Source of the DNA: an uncultured Trueperaceae bacterium
GTDB taxonomy: Bacteria; Deinococcota; Deinococci; Deinococcales; Trueperaceae
DNA: 64,000 nt
Reading direction: 5' to 3'
Assembly (NCBI GenBank): GCA_963815215.1
Contig: CAWFFU010000009.1
Location: forward strand, 32,001 to 96,000
Part shown: positions 52,521-61,417 of the stretch, piece by piece
How the letters are laid out: the number at the start of each line of letters is the position of its first letter
Position numbering within the stretch: position 1 is the first letter of the stretch
Position numbers and translations under genes: made by a program
The notes under the pieces: generated by a model
Told to the model about the DNA's origin: nothing
The model's input: the letters and a program-made list of their open reading frames with translations, nothing else
Databases searched by the model: none

Positions 52521-53711
52521 TCAACGCCCCGCGCGTGGGTCCAGATACGGTAGCGGGTCGATGGGCTGGTTGTGCACCCGTATCTCGAAGTGCACGTGGG
52601 GACCCGTCGAGTCGCCGGTGCTCCCCACGCGCGCGATCAGCGCTCCGGCCTGAACCGTCTCACCGCGTTGGACCAGCAGCACCGATGCGTGCCCGTAGTA
52701 GTAGTCGGTGTCGCCGTTGCGGATGATGATGCACAGACCGTAACCGCCGTTCCATCCGGCCAGCGCCACGGTGCCGCCTACGGCGGCGTGGATCGGCTCA
52801 CCGATATGGCCCGCGATGTCGAGGCCCGTGTGGAAGTTGGACCCGGCAACGCGCAACAGACGGTACCCGAAGTAGGACGTGATGCGTCCCTGGATGGGCC
52901 ACAGCATGGACTTCATGGAATTGGGTTGCGGCCCCCCGGCCGGCGGGGCGGCACGACCGAGCTCGTTGGGTAGCACGATGGTGAGACTCTGACCCGGGAA
53001 CAGCTCGGTGGAGGACAGCCCGTTGGCGCTCATCAGCGCGGCGACCGTGGTGCCGTTCGCGTGCGCGATCGACCACAGGCTCTCGCCCTTGGTGACGCTG
53101 ACTGTCGGGGGTGCTGCCCCGCCCACGTCGGTACTGGCCGAGGCGTACTGCCCTGGCACCCTCAACGTCTCGCCCGGCTGCAACGTGGCGTTCGCAGTGA
53201 TGCCGTTGGCACCCGTCAGGGCGGCGACCGTGATGCCATGAGCCTGGGCGATACCCCAGAGCGTGTCGCCCGATCGGACCGCGACACGCAACGCCGGGGG
53301 CGTGCTCTTCCCGGGGCGCAGGACGAGCTTCTGGCCCGGGCGAATGACCGAGCCGGAGAGATGGTTGTAGGCGATCAGATCCTCGACGCTCAAGTGAGAC
53401 CCCAGCGCGATGCTGTAGAGCGAGTCCCCCGGTTGAACCACGTAGGTGACGGGATTCGCGTCGCTCCCAGAAGGCAGTTGCAGGGCGGTCCCCGGCTGCA
53501 GATGGTCACCGGCGAGATGGTTGGTGGTCTTCAGCGCCTCCACCGTAGTGCCGTAGCGCTGCGCGATGGCCCAGAGGCTGTCACCGGGCTGCACAGTCAC
53601 GCTGGCGACCGGCCCAGGCGTGGACGTGCCGCCGTCGGCGAAGGAAACACCGACCAGCGTCGAGAGAAGGATCGCGACCATGAGAAGGAAATGCCGAATC
53701 GTAGGCACCAT
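52521..53711 (-). CDS. Secreted 4xLysM plus M23 peptidoglycan endopeptidase
   Basis: Signal peptide; four GD(S/T)L(W/Y)-type LysM repeats; HTGLD and HVHFE zinc motifs. Confidence 0.93.
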   Translation of the reverse strand: MVPTIRHFLLMVAILLSTLVGVSFADGGTSTPGPVASVTVQPGDSLWAIAQRYGTTVEALKTTNHLAGDHLQPGTALQLPSGSDANPVTYVVQPGDSLYSIALGSHLSVEDLIAYNHLSGSVIRPGQKLVLRPGKSTPPALRVAVRSGDTLWGIAQAHGITVAALTGANGITANATLQPGETLRVPGQYASASTDVGGAAPPTVSVTKGESLWSIAHANGTTVAALMSANGLSSTELFPGQSLTIVLPNELGRAAPPAGGPQPNSMKSMLWPIQGRITSYFGYRLLRVAGSNFHTGLDIAGHIGEPIHAAVGGTVALAGWNGGYGLCIIIRNGDTDYYYGHASVLLVQRGETVQAGALIARVGSTGDSTGPHVHFEIRVHNQPIDPLPYLDPRAGR

Positions 53712-53983
53712 CACACCCTAACCGGCTGAGGCGCACCGACGCCCCGAGAAGCCGCCGATGGAGTCCCGAGGACGATATCCGACACCGAATCCGACCTTAT
53801 GAGAGGTCCGTCTCAGCATGCCCGCTTCGACTCCCATGATGTGTGCATCCGGTTCCCTGGGCCCATGGCTTCCCACGCGGTTGGTTCCCGGATCACGGGG
53901 GTCGCGCGTCGGCCGAGGTCGCGGGAATGCCTTCTCACCTGTTGCACACATCGCTCCTCATGCCGCAGTGGTATTTTCGCCGC

Positions 53984-54844
53984 ATGCGATGGTGGCTCGC
54001 GATCCTCTCGATGGCCCTTGCCCCGGCCACCTTCGCTCAAGCTCCCGCCACGCCTCCCGTTCCCACCTGCGCCGTCGCCGACGTTTCCACTGCCTTCACG
54101 GGCTACGACCAGTGGCCGTACACCATGGTCGACACCCACTTCCGGCTGCCCGCCGACTACGCCCCGCCCGACCTCGTCTCCACCAGCGAAGCGGGCCTGA
54201 ACGGCGACCAGCGACTGCGAGCCTTCGTCATCCCGCATCTCGGAGCCCTGGCCGAAGCCGCCGCCGCCGCGGGCCATCCCATCGCCGTCCAGAGCGGCTA
54301 CCGCTCCTACCACACGCAGGTCGTCACGTTCGACTACTGGGTGAAGGTCGACGGCTACGCCTACGCCCTGAAGTCCAGCGCCAGGCCGGGGCACTCCGAG
54401 CACCAGCTCGGCACCGCCCTCGACATCCGCGCGAAGGGCGGCAAGGCACCGTGGGACTATCAGGACTGGGCGGCCACGCCGACCGGCTCGTGGGTCGCGG
54501 CCAACGCCTGGCGGTACGGCTTCGCGATGAGCTACCCGAAGGGCGAAGAGGCCACGACCTGCTACATGTACGAGCCCTGGCACTACCGCTTCTTCGGCCT
54601 CGCCGAAGCGAAGCGCATACACGACGCCGCCACGACCACCCGCGCGTACCTGTGGGCGCGCTGGCAAGCCAGTCCCCAGGCGACGACGGCGTCAGCGGCC
54701 AACCCGTCCAGCATCACCGTCCAAGCCGGGGACACGCTCTGGAGCCTCGCGCAACGCTACGGCACCACCGTCACCGCTCTACGGAAGGCCAACGGCCTGA
54801 CCAGCGACATGCTGAACGTCGGCGCGACCCTCGTCCTACCCTAG
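53984..54844 (+). CDS. M15B (VanY-like) D,D-carboxypeptidase with C-terminal LysM
   Basis: SGYRSY, SARPGHSEHQLGTALD, YEPWHYRF; LysM GDTLWSLAQRYG; start MRWWLAIL after leaderless TATTTT. Confidence 0.9.
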   Translation: MRWWLAILSMALAPATFAQAPATPPVPTCAVADVSTAFTGYDQWPYTMVDTHFRLPADYAPPDLVSTSEAGLNGDQRLRAFVIPHLGALAEAAAAAGHPIAVQSGYRSYHTQVVTFDYWVKVDGYAYALKSSARPGHSEHQLGTALDIRAKGGKAPWDYQDWAATPTGSWVAANAWRYGFAMSYPKGEEATTCYMYEPWHYRFFGLAEAKRIHDAATTTRAYLWARWQASPQATTASAANPSSITVQAGDTLWSLAQRYGTTVTALRKANGLTSDMLNVGATLVLP

Positions 54845-54911
54845 GAGCGCCGGCGCTCGGAGCTGGACCCTTCCGACACGTGGACGAGGTCATATGCCGA
54901 GCGTATCGACC

Positions 54912-55442
54912 TCATGATCGATCGGTCGCCGTCGGCTCCGCGGCGATCACCCCGAGCTTGAGCATGGTCCGGCGCAGCGATCTGAGATCGGCGTTGGTGA
55001 GGCGGCCGGTGAAGTGCTCCTCGATCTTGCGGTGGTGCTCCGCCGCGAGCCGGTCGCAGGTGGTGCGGCCCTTCTCCGTGAGCGCGGCGTAGGAACCGCG
55101 CCGATCGCCGGGCACCGGCTGGCGTTGCACCAGCCCCGCTCTCTCCATGCGGTCGACCAGGCGGGTGAGGCCGCTGCGGGTGAGGACGACGGCGTCGGCC
55201 AGGTCCTGCATCCGGAGGCGTTGCTCGGGGGCGTAGGCGAGCTGGATCAGCACGTCGTACCAGGACAGGGAGAAGTCGTCGCCCTTCATGTCCTCCTCGA
55301 AGGCGCGGAGCAGGCCTGTGACGGTCCGCAGCGTCAACTCCCACACCTGCGCCCCGAGCTGCGCGTCGTCGGCTCGCGAGGTGCCGGAGGAGGCGTCCTG
55401 GGCCTCGGCAGCGGACGTCGTCGGGTTGCGCGAGGTCGGCAT
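54912..55442 (-). CDS. MarR-family transcriptional regulator
   Basis: LSWYDVL..LRMQDLA..TRSGLTRLVDRME..GLV.R..DRRG..LT.KG. Confidence 0.93.
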   Translation of the reverse strand: MPTSRNPTTSAAEAQDASSGTSRADDAQLGAQVWELTLRTVTGLLRAFEEDMKGDDFSLSWYDVLIQLAYAPEQRLRMQDLADAVVLTRSGLTRLVDRMERAGLVQRQPVPGDRRGSYAALTEKGRTTCDRLAAEHHRKIEEHFTGRLTNADLRSLRRTMLKLGVIAAEPTATDRS

Positions 55443-55464
55443 GCCTCAGTATGTCGACTGAAAA

Positions 55465-55520
55465 TTGTAGGCGCAATGATTGACAACGCAACCACAGTCT
55501 GCTAGTGTCTGCCCACGCAA
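55465..55520 (+). promoter_or_regulatory. Sigma70 promoter overlapped by three TTG-N6-CAA-type boxes (probable MarR operators)
   Basis: TTGACA (55480)-17 nt-TAGTGT (55503) with extended TG; boxes ttgtaggcgcaa 55465, ttgacaacgcaa 55480, ctgcccacgcaa 55509. Confidence 0.75.
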
Positions 55521-55715
55521 TCAGCGCGTTAACGAGGGATCGAAGCGGCGGCAGGGTCCTGCCCGGCGTAGGCGGAGATCAACGGCAAGGCGGGCGTGAC
55601 CCGCCGGTCCGAGGTCGGCTACCTCGACCGCGTCGCCAAGGCGGCCCCGTAGGCACGCCTTGGGCGTGACTCGATAGGCCCCGCGGGACGATCGAGCGGT
55701 CGGAAGGGGGCCCAG

Positions 55716-56687
55716 GTGGAGATCGTCTGGTTCGACGAGGAACGCAGTCGAGACGTCGCCCTGGTGGGAGGGAAGGCCGCGAGCTTGAGTCGTCTGGCGG
55801 CCCGCCACCGGGTGCCGCCCGCGTTCTGCCTCACCACGGCGGCGTACGACGTCTGGAGTCGCACGGCACGGCCCGCGCACCGTCAAGGGACGCTCCCGTT
55901 GCCACAGACGCTGCGCGCGTCGCTCCGGCAGGCCTACGACGAGCTCGGGCGGCGCTGCGGGGTCGACGCGCTGCGCGTGGCCGTACGTTCGTCGGCCGTC
56001 GACGAGGACGGTGCCGAGGCTTCGTTCGCGGGCCAGCACGAGACCTTCCTCAACGTGATCGGGATGGACGCCGTCGGCGAGGCCCTGATCCGTTGCTGGA
56101 GCTCGGGGCGCAGCCAGCGCGCGCTGGCCTACCGCCACAGCAGCGGCCTGGACGGCGAGCGGATCCGGCTGGCCGTGCTGGTACAGCAACTCGTGCCGGC
56201 GGACGCCTCGGCCGTCGTGTTCAGTGCCGACCCCGTCAACGGTCGACGCGACCAGGTCCTGATCGACGCCAGCTTCGGGCTCGGCGAGAGCATCGTCGGG
56301 GGCTCGGTGACGCCCGACGCCTACCGCGTGGACAAGCGCTCGGGGGTCGTGGTCGACCGCACCATCGGCTCCAAGACCGTCATGCACATCCCGGCGCCCG
56401 GGGGTACCCGGGAGGTGCCGGTGCCCCGTCCGCTGCGTGCGCTACCTGCCCTGACCGACGAGCAGTGCGCTTCCTGCGCCGCCCTCGCCACCTCCCTAGA
56501 GGCCGAGATGGGTCACCCCGTCGACGTCGAGTGCGCGTTCCACGACGGCCGGCTCTACCTGCTGCAATGCCGCCCGATCACCCGTCTGCCGGCGGACCCG
56601 GCCGAGGCGCAGGCTCCCCGCCTCGACGAGGAGGTGGAGGCCGAGCCCGATCATGACGACCCGCTACCGCCGCATCCCCAGGCCTGA
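55716..56687 (+). CDS. Stand-alone ATP-grasp (PPDK_N) subunit of a dikinase-type phosphotransferase
   Basis: VGGKAASL, VAVRSSAVDEDG..SFAGQHETFLNV, GLGESIVGG..TPD, DVECA..LLQCRPIT. Confidence 0.9.
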   Translation: MEIVWFDEERSRDVALVGGKAASLSRLAARHRVPPAFCLTTAAYDVWSRTARPAHRQGTLPLPQTLRASLRQAYDELGRRCGVDALRVAVRSSAVDEDGAEASFAGQHETFLNVIGMDAVGEALIRCWSSGRSQRALAYRHSSGLDGERIRLAVLVQQLVPADASAVVFSADPVNGRRDQVLIDASFGLGESIVGGSVTPDAYRVDKRSGVVVDRTIGSKTVMHIPAPGGTREVPVPRPLRALPALTDEQCASCAALATSLEAEMGHPVDVECAFHDGRLYLLQCRPITRLPADPAEAQAPRLDEEVEAEPDHDDPLPPHPQA

Positions 56688-56714
56688 CCGGTGGACCCCA
56701 GGAGGAGAGAAGCC

Positions 56715-58418
56715 ATGACCGACTCGCACGCTGCACCCTTCACCGCTGTGCCCATCCCGACGCCCGAGGACTTCCCGCTGACGTGGGACGATCCGATGGA
56801 AGCGAAGCTCCAATGGGTGCGCGACCGCATGCACTTTCCGCAGGTCGTGTCGCCCGCCCTGGACCTGTTCTTCGAGGCCCACAACGCCGGCTTCGTCCAC
56901 GCCTTCGCGCTCTACGAGATGCCGCTCGAAGCACTGGTGCTCCGCCGCATCAACGGCTACGCCTACAGCGCCACGGTCCCCCGGCAACTGACGCACGACG
57001 AGATGGCGGCCATGGGCCAGCGCGCGCAGCACAACCTCGGGGCGGCCATGATGCGCTTGGCCGGACACTGGAACGATGACCTGCTGCCCGAAGTGAAGGA
57101 GCACCTGCGCTTCTGGCAGGACGCCGACCTGTCGGGCGCCTCGCTCGATCAGCTCGTCGCCCTCGCCGAGGAGACGCGTCGGCGCTGGAAGCGGCTGTGG
57201 GAGATCCACTTCGAGCTGATGGTCCCGACGCTGCTCGCCGGCTCGCTGTTCCAGGACACCTACGCCGACCTCTTCGGCGTCGAGCAGGCGTTCGACGCCT
57301 ACACGCTGCTGCAGGGCTTCGGCAACAAGACCACCGAGATCAACGTCGCCCTGTGGCGTCTAGCGCATGAGGCGAGCGAGGACGTTCGCGAGGTCGTCCT
57401 CGGCACGGGAACGCCCGGTATCGCGGGCGCTCTCCGCGCGACCGACTCCGGGCGCCGCTTCCTGGAGGCCTTCGACGCCTACCTGCAGGAGTACGGCCGG
57501 CGCAGCGAGACGTGGGAGCTGGGCATCCCGACCTGGCTCGAGGACCCCACGCCGGTCTGGCGCATGTTGCGCGAACACCTCGCGCAGCCGGAGACCGACC
57601 CCGAGGCCGAGCTGACCCGCCTGGCCGAGCTGCGCGAGGCCGCCGTGGCCGACACCCGCGCCCGGCTCGCCGACTACCCTCGGCCGGTGGTCGAGCACTT
57701 CGAAGCCATGCTCCGCGCGGCGCAGGCCGGCGTGGTGCTGTCCGAGGACCACGGCTTCTACATCGACTTCGACGGCGCCTACCACGTCCGCCGGGTGCTG
57801 CTCGAGCTCGGGCGGCGCATGGCGGCCGCGGGCGCGTTGGCGTCCGCCGACGACGTCATGCTGCTCACGCTCGATGAGGTCCTGGAGTCGGTGCACGAGC
57901 AACCGATCGCCGACCGCCGCGCGCTCGTCGAGGAACGTCGTCGCGAGCTCGCCCGCTTCGGCGCCGTGCAAGAGCCCGAGATGGTGGGTACCCAGCAGGC
58001 CGGCCCGCCGCCGGAAGACCCGGTCGGCCGCGCCATCGGGCGCTTCTTCGGCACGCCTCCGCAGGAGAGCGCCGATCCCGAGGTCCTGAAGGGGCATGCC
58101 GGCTCGCCCGGCGTGGCAAGGGGCGTGGCACGCGTGGCGCGGTCGCTGTCCGAGGCCCAGAACGTGCGCCGGGGGGAGATCCTGGTCGCGGCCATGACCG
58201 CCCCGTCGTGGACGCCGCTCTTCGGCACGGTCGCGGCGGTCGTCACCGACACGGGCGGCGTGCTGTCGCACAGCGCTGTGGTGGCGCGCGAGTACGGCAT
58301 CCCGGCTGTGGTCGGCACGCTCCGGGCCACCGCGCTCGTCCACGACGGGCAGATCATCGAGGTCGACGGCGCCGCCGGCACGGTGCGCCTCGTCACGGCC
58401 GGCGCCGAGTTGGCTTGA
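56715..58418 (+). CDS. Substrate-binding plus phospho-His swivel subunit of a dikinase-type phosphotransferase (RPH / phenylphosphate-synthase-like)
   Basis: FDAYLQEYGRR..W.EDP central domain; GSPG.ARG, T.PSWTPLF, GGVLSHSAVVAREYGIPAVVG; no PEP-binding barrel. Confidence 0.88.
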   Translation: MTDSHAAPFTAVPIPTPEDFPLTWDDPMEAKLQWVRDRMHFPQVVSPALDLFFEAHNAGFVHAFALYEMPLEALVLRRINGYAYSATVPRQLTHDEMAAMGQRAQHNLGAAMMRLAGHWNDDLLPEVKEHLRFWQDADLSGASLDQLVALAEETRRRWKRLWEIHFELMVPTLLAGSLFQDTYADLFGVEQAFDAYTLLQGFGNKTTEINVALWRLAHEASEDVREVVLGTGTPGIAGALRATDSGRRFLEAFDAYLQEYGRRSETWELGIPTWLEDPTPVWRMLREHLAQPETDPEAELTRLAELREAAVADTRARLADYPRPVVEHFEAMLRAAQAGVVLSEDHGFYIDFDGAYHVRRVLLELGRRMAAAGALASADDVMLLTLDEVLESVHEQPIADRRALVEERRRELARFGAVQEPEMVGTQQAGPPPEDPVGRAIGRFFGTPPQESADPEVLKGHAGSPGVARGVARVARSLSEAQNVRRGEILVAAMTAPSWTPLFGTVAAVVTDTGGVLSHSAVVAREYGIPAVVGTLRATALVHDGQIIEVDGAAGTVRLVTAGAELA

Positions 58419-59902
58419 ACTCGCGCGAGACCGCCAGGGAGGAGGTCCGCCTCGTCGTCGCCGTCGCCCTGACGACGATGCTGGCGCCCCTCAACTCGAC
58501 GATGATCGCGGTGGCGCTGCCGCCCATCGCGGCCCAGTTCCACGCTAGAGCGTCCGTTCCCTGGCTGGTGACGGGCTACCTCATCGCCATGGCCTCGCTC
58601 CAACCGGTCGCCGGCAAGCTCGGCGACCGGTTCGGACGTCGGCCTCTGCTGCTCGGTGGCCTCGCCTACTTCGCGCTCGCCTCGCTGGGCGCCGCCCTCT
58701 CTCCGAGCTTCGGCTGGCTGCTGGCGTTCCGCATCCAGCAAGGCATCGCAGGTGCCCTCGCCTTCCCCAACGGCGCCGCGATGCTGCGCGAAGCGATCCC
58801 GGATGCCCGGCGAGGAGGCCGCTTCGGCCTGATCGGCGCGGGGGCGGGCCTGGCCGCCGCGGTGGGACCGCCGCTCGCCGGCGTGCTGGTGTGGTCGAGC
58901 GGCTGGCCGTCCATCTTCTACGTCAACGTGATGCTCATCGTGCCGGCGGCCTGGCTGGGATGGCGCGCCTTCCCCCGCGCCCGCCCCCGCCCCGCGCGGG
59001 GCGGGGCGCAGGGCCCGTCCCGGCGCCCCTTCGACCTACTCGGAGCGACGCTCCTGTCGGTCACGCTGATCACGGTGGCCGCCGAGCTCACGCACCATGG
59101 GCCGCTCGGAACGTGGGGCGTGGTGGGCTGGGCGTTCGCGGTCATGGCATCGATCGCCTTCGCGGTAGTGGAGTGGCGCCACCCGGACCCTGCGGTGCAG
59201 CTCCGGCTGTTCGGGCGCAGGGCCTTCGCGGCGGCCAACGCGTCGGTCGCCACCAGCAACTTCGCCATGTACGTGACGCTGCTAGCGGTGCCGCTGCTGC
59301 TGACCGATCGTTCGGGTACCAGCATCGGGGCCGGTGCGGTGCTGGCCGCCATGTCGGGCGCGATGTTCGTCGCCTCGCCGGTCGGTGGAGCGCTGGCCGA
59401 TCGCTGGGGGCGCCGCCGTCCGGCGCTGTTGGGCCTCAGCCTCCTGGTCGCCGGCACGCTCTTGCTGGCCGTGGCCGGATCGGACATCTCGATCCGCGTG
59501 CTGGTGGGGGCATTGATGCTCGTCGGCCTCGGCATCGGCACCGGTACCGCCGCCCTGCAGACGACCGCCGTGGAGGCCGCCCCGGCGCGCGATGCCGGCA
59601 TGGCCTCGGGGGTCTACACGACCAGCCGATACCTGGGTAGCATCGTCGGCTCGGCCCTGCTCGCGCGCCTGGCGGCCGGGACCGGTGCGCTCGCGGGGCC
59701 GGCGTTCATCGGGACCGTGTTCGTCCTGGTCGCGGTCGCCGCCGTCCTGGCGCTGGTCGCCGCCTTCGGGCTGCAGGATCGCCCCGCGGCTCGGCCCGGA
59801 TCCGCGCCGGAGGCGGTTGGGGCAGGGGCGGTTGAGGCAGGGGCGGTTGAGGCAGGGGCGGCAGGGGCCGGGGCGGCAGAGGCCGGGGCGTCGAGAGGCT
59901 AG
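58415..59902 (+). CDS. MFS efflux transporter (DHA2/EmrB-like)
   Basis: LNSTMIAVALP, GKLGDRFGRR, RIQQG, GPPLAG..WPSIFYVN; TTGA overlap with the upstream gene. Confidence 0.92.
   Translation: MNSRETAREEVRLVVAVALTTMLAPLNSTMIAVALPPIAAQFHARASVPWLVTGYLIAMASLQPVAGKLGDRFGRRPLLLGGLAYFALASLGAALSPSFGWLLAFRIQQGIAGALAFPNGAAMLREAIPDARRGGRFGLIGAGAGLAAAVGPPLAGVLVWSSGWPSIFYVNVMLIVPAAWLGWRAFPRARPRPARGGAQGPSRRPFDLLGATLLSVTLITVAAELTHHGPLGTWGVVGWAFAVMASIAFAVVEWRHPDPAVQLRLFGRRAFAAANASVATSNFAMYVTLLAVPLLLTDRSGTSIGAGAVLAAMSGAMFVASPVGGALADRWGRRRPALLGLSLLVAGTLLLAVAGSDISIRVLVGALMLVGLGIGTGTAALQTTAVEAAPARDAGMASGVYTTSRYLGSIVGSALLARLAAGTGALAGPAFIGTVFVLVAVAAVLALVAAFGLQDRPAARPGSAPEAVGAGAVEAGAVEAGAAGAGAAEAGASRG
59813..59887 (+). 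repeat. Five degenerate 15-bp tandem repeats encoding A(V/A)(E/G)AG at the MFS C-terminus
   Basis: gcggttggggcaggg gcggttgaggcaggg gcggttgaggcaggg gcggcaggggccggg gcggcagaggccggg. Confidence 0.85.
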
Positions 59903-60002
59903 CGTGCGGAGCGGGCCGGGCGGCCCGGAACCGGTCTGCAAGCACGGGTGGGATCGTCTCGCCGGCGCTCGACGCGACGGCTCCGACGCCGCGCCCCGAT
60001 CC

Positions 60003-60051
60003 ATTGAAATCTCTTCAATATCTTGACGTCGCTTTCTGCGTCCCATACAAT
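60003..60051 (+). promoter_or_regulatory. Sigma70 promoter with upstream palindrome for the M24/peptide-ABC operon
   Basis: ATTGAA-atctc-TTCAAT (60003-60019); TTGACG (60023)-17 nt-TACAAT (60046). Confidence 0.8.
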
Positions 60052-60095
60052 CCGCCCAACCCGATGTCGGCTGCAAGCGACGCCAGGAGGGCACG

Positions 60096-61292
60096 TTGTC
60101 TCGTCTCGGTCAAGAGAAGTCCCGTCAGGCGCTCGCTTTCGTCCCCAAGGACGATGCCTGGATCTTCGTCACGCGCGAGGGAAGCGATCCCGGCGCCCGG
60201 CTGGTGTTCGACGCCGCGGTCAGCGGCGAGGCGGCCTTCGTCCTGCGTCCGGGGCGAGGTGCGCTGGCGCTCGTCGCCAACTACGACGCCGGTCACGTCG
60301 AGCGGCTCGGGGTGTTCGACGAGATCCGCAGCTACGACCGCTCGTTCGCGAACGCCTTCACCGCCTGGCTGCGTGAGCTGGCGCCCGCTACCGTCCACCT
60401 GAACTACAGCGAACGCGACATCCTGTGCGACGGCCTCACGCACGGTCAGTTCCTGCGCACGACGCGTCTCCTGGGCGAGGCCCTGCCGGGCGTCGCGGTC
60501 GCGAGCAGCGAGCCCTACCTGCGCGAGGTGCGCGGCCGCAAGACCGCCGAGGAGGTGAGCCGGCTGCGTGAGGCGATCCGCGGCAGTGGCGCGCTCTACG
60601 CGCGCATCCGGCGCGAGCTGCGGCCCGGCATGAGCGAGCGCGAGGTGCAGGCGCGCATGAACGCCATCGCGGCCGAGCTCGGCTTCGGCGTCCACCTCGG
60701 CGACTACGGCGGCCCGTTGGTGTGCATCAACCGCGTCGGACTCGCCCACCGTGCGCCGGGGGACGACGTCCTGCAGGAGGGCGACCTGCTCATCCTCGAC
60801 CACGGGCTCGAGCACCAGGGGTACCACTCCGACATCGCACGCACGATCTACCTCCCGCGCCGGGGCGAGACGGAGCCGCCGGCCGCGGAGGCGGCCGCCT
60901 TCGCCTCCGCCCGTCAGGCCATCGAGGCGGCGTTCGCCGTGCTGCGGCCCGGCGTCAAGGGTTACGAGGTCGACGCCGCTGCGCGCCAGACCCACCTGGA
61001 CAACGGCTATCCCGAGATCAGCCACGCCACCGGCCACCAGATCGGCCGCTTCGTCCATGACGGCGGCACGACGCTGGCGCCCCGTTGGGAACGCTACGGC
61101 GACGCTCCCGAGGGCGAGGTCGCGGCCGGCAACGTGTTCACCCTCGAGCCCACCATCCTGATGTCGCCCGCGCCCTCCATGCTGGTCGAGGAGGACGTGC
61201 TCGTCACCGACGCCGGCGCGCAGTGGTTGAGCGAGCGCCAGCTCACCTTGTGGATGGCGGGCGACGACCGACCGCCTCCATCCGCGTCCTAG
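60096..61292 (+). CDS. M24 family (Xaa-Pro-like) metallopeptidase
   Basis: RGRKTAEEV, DHG..GYHSDIART, HATGHQIG..VHD, TLEP, VEED; AGGAGG SD. Confidence 0.9.
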   Translation: MSRLGQEKSRQALAFVPKDDAWIFVTREGSDPGARLVFDAAVSGEAAFVLRPGRGALALVANYDAGHVERLGVFDEIRSYDRSFANAFTAWLRELAPATVHLNYSERDILCDGLTHGQFLRTTRLLGEALPGVAVASSEPYLREVRGRKTAEEVSRLREAIRGSGALYARIRRELRPGMSEREVQARMNAIAAELGFGVHLGDYGGPLVCINRVGLAHRAPGDDVLQEGDLLILDHGLEHQGYHSDIARTIYLPRRGETEPPAAEAAAFASARQAIEAAFAVLRPGVKGYEVDAAARQTHLDNGYPEISHATGHQIGRFVHDGGTTLAPRWERYGDAPEGEVAAGNVFTLEPTILMSPAPSMLVEEDVLVTDAGAQWLSERQLTLWMAGDDRPPPSAS

Positions 61293-61298
61293 CACCGA

Positions 61299-61387
61299 CC
61301 GCCGCGCCCGCCGCGCCCGCCGCGCCCGTCGCGCCGGAAACGCCCGCCCCCCGCTCCGTCGCCGCCCGCTCCGCCGCCGCCCGCTCA
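61299..61387 (+). repeat. C-rich low-complexity intergenic repeats (9-bp and 15-bp units)
   Basis: cgccgcgcc x3-4; cccgctccg(t/c)cgccg x2. Confidence 0.6.
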
Positions 61388-61417
61388 CGCTCGCGGGCCC
61401 ACCCACCAGGAGGCACC

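Noticed and set aside
52425..52653. Short ORF with hydrophobic N-terminus (MPRGRVVWLSAPVLLLVVGLAA)
   Set aside because: It runs antisense into the M23 gene, has no clear SD or -10, and shows no recognisable similarity
55578..55598. Rifamycin-associated element (RAE) upstream of the RPH-like genes
   Set aside because: Only a half-site-like cggcaaggc is present with no inverted partner, so rifamycin specificity is unsupported
55716..58418. Annotation as PEP synthase (ppsA) or PPDK
   Set aside because: No C-terminal PEP/pyruvate-binding barrel; domain order matches the RPH-like family
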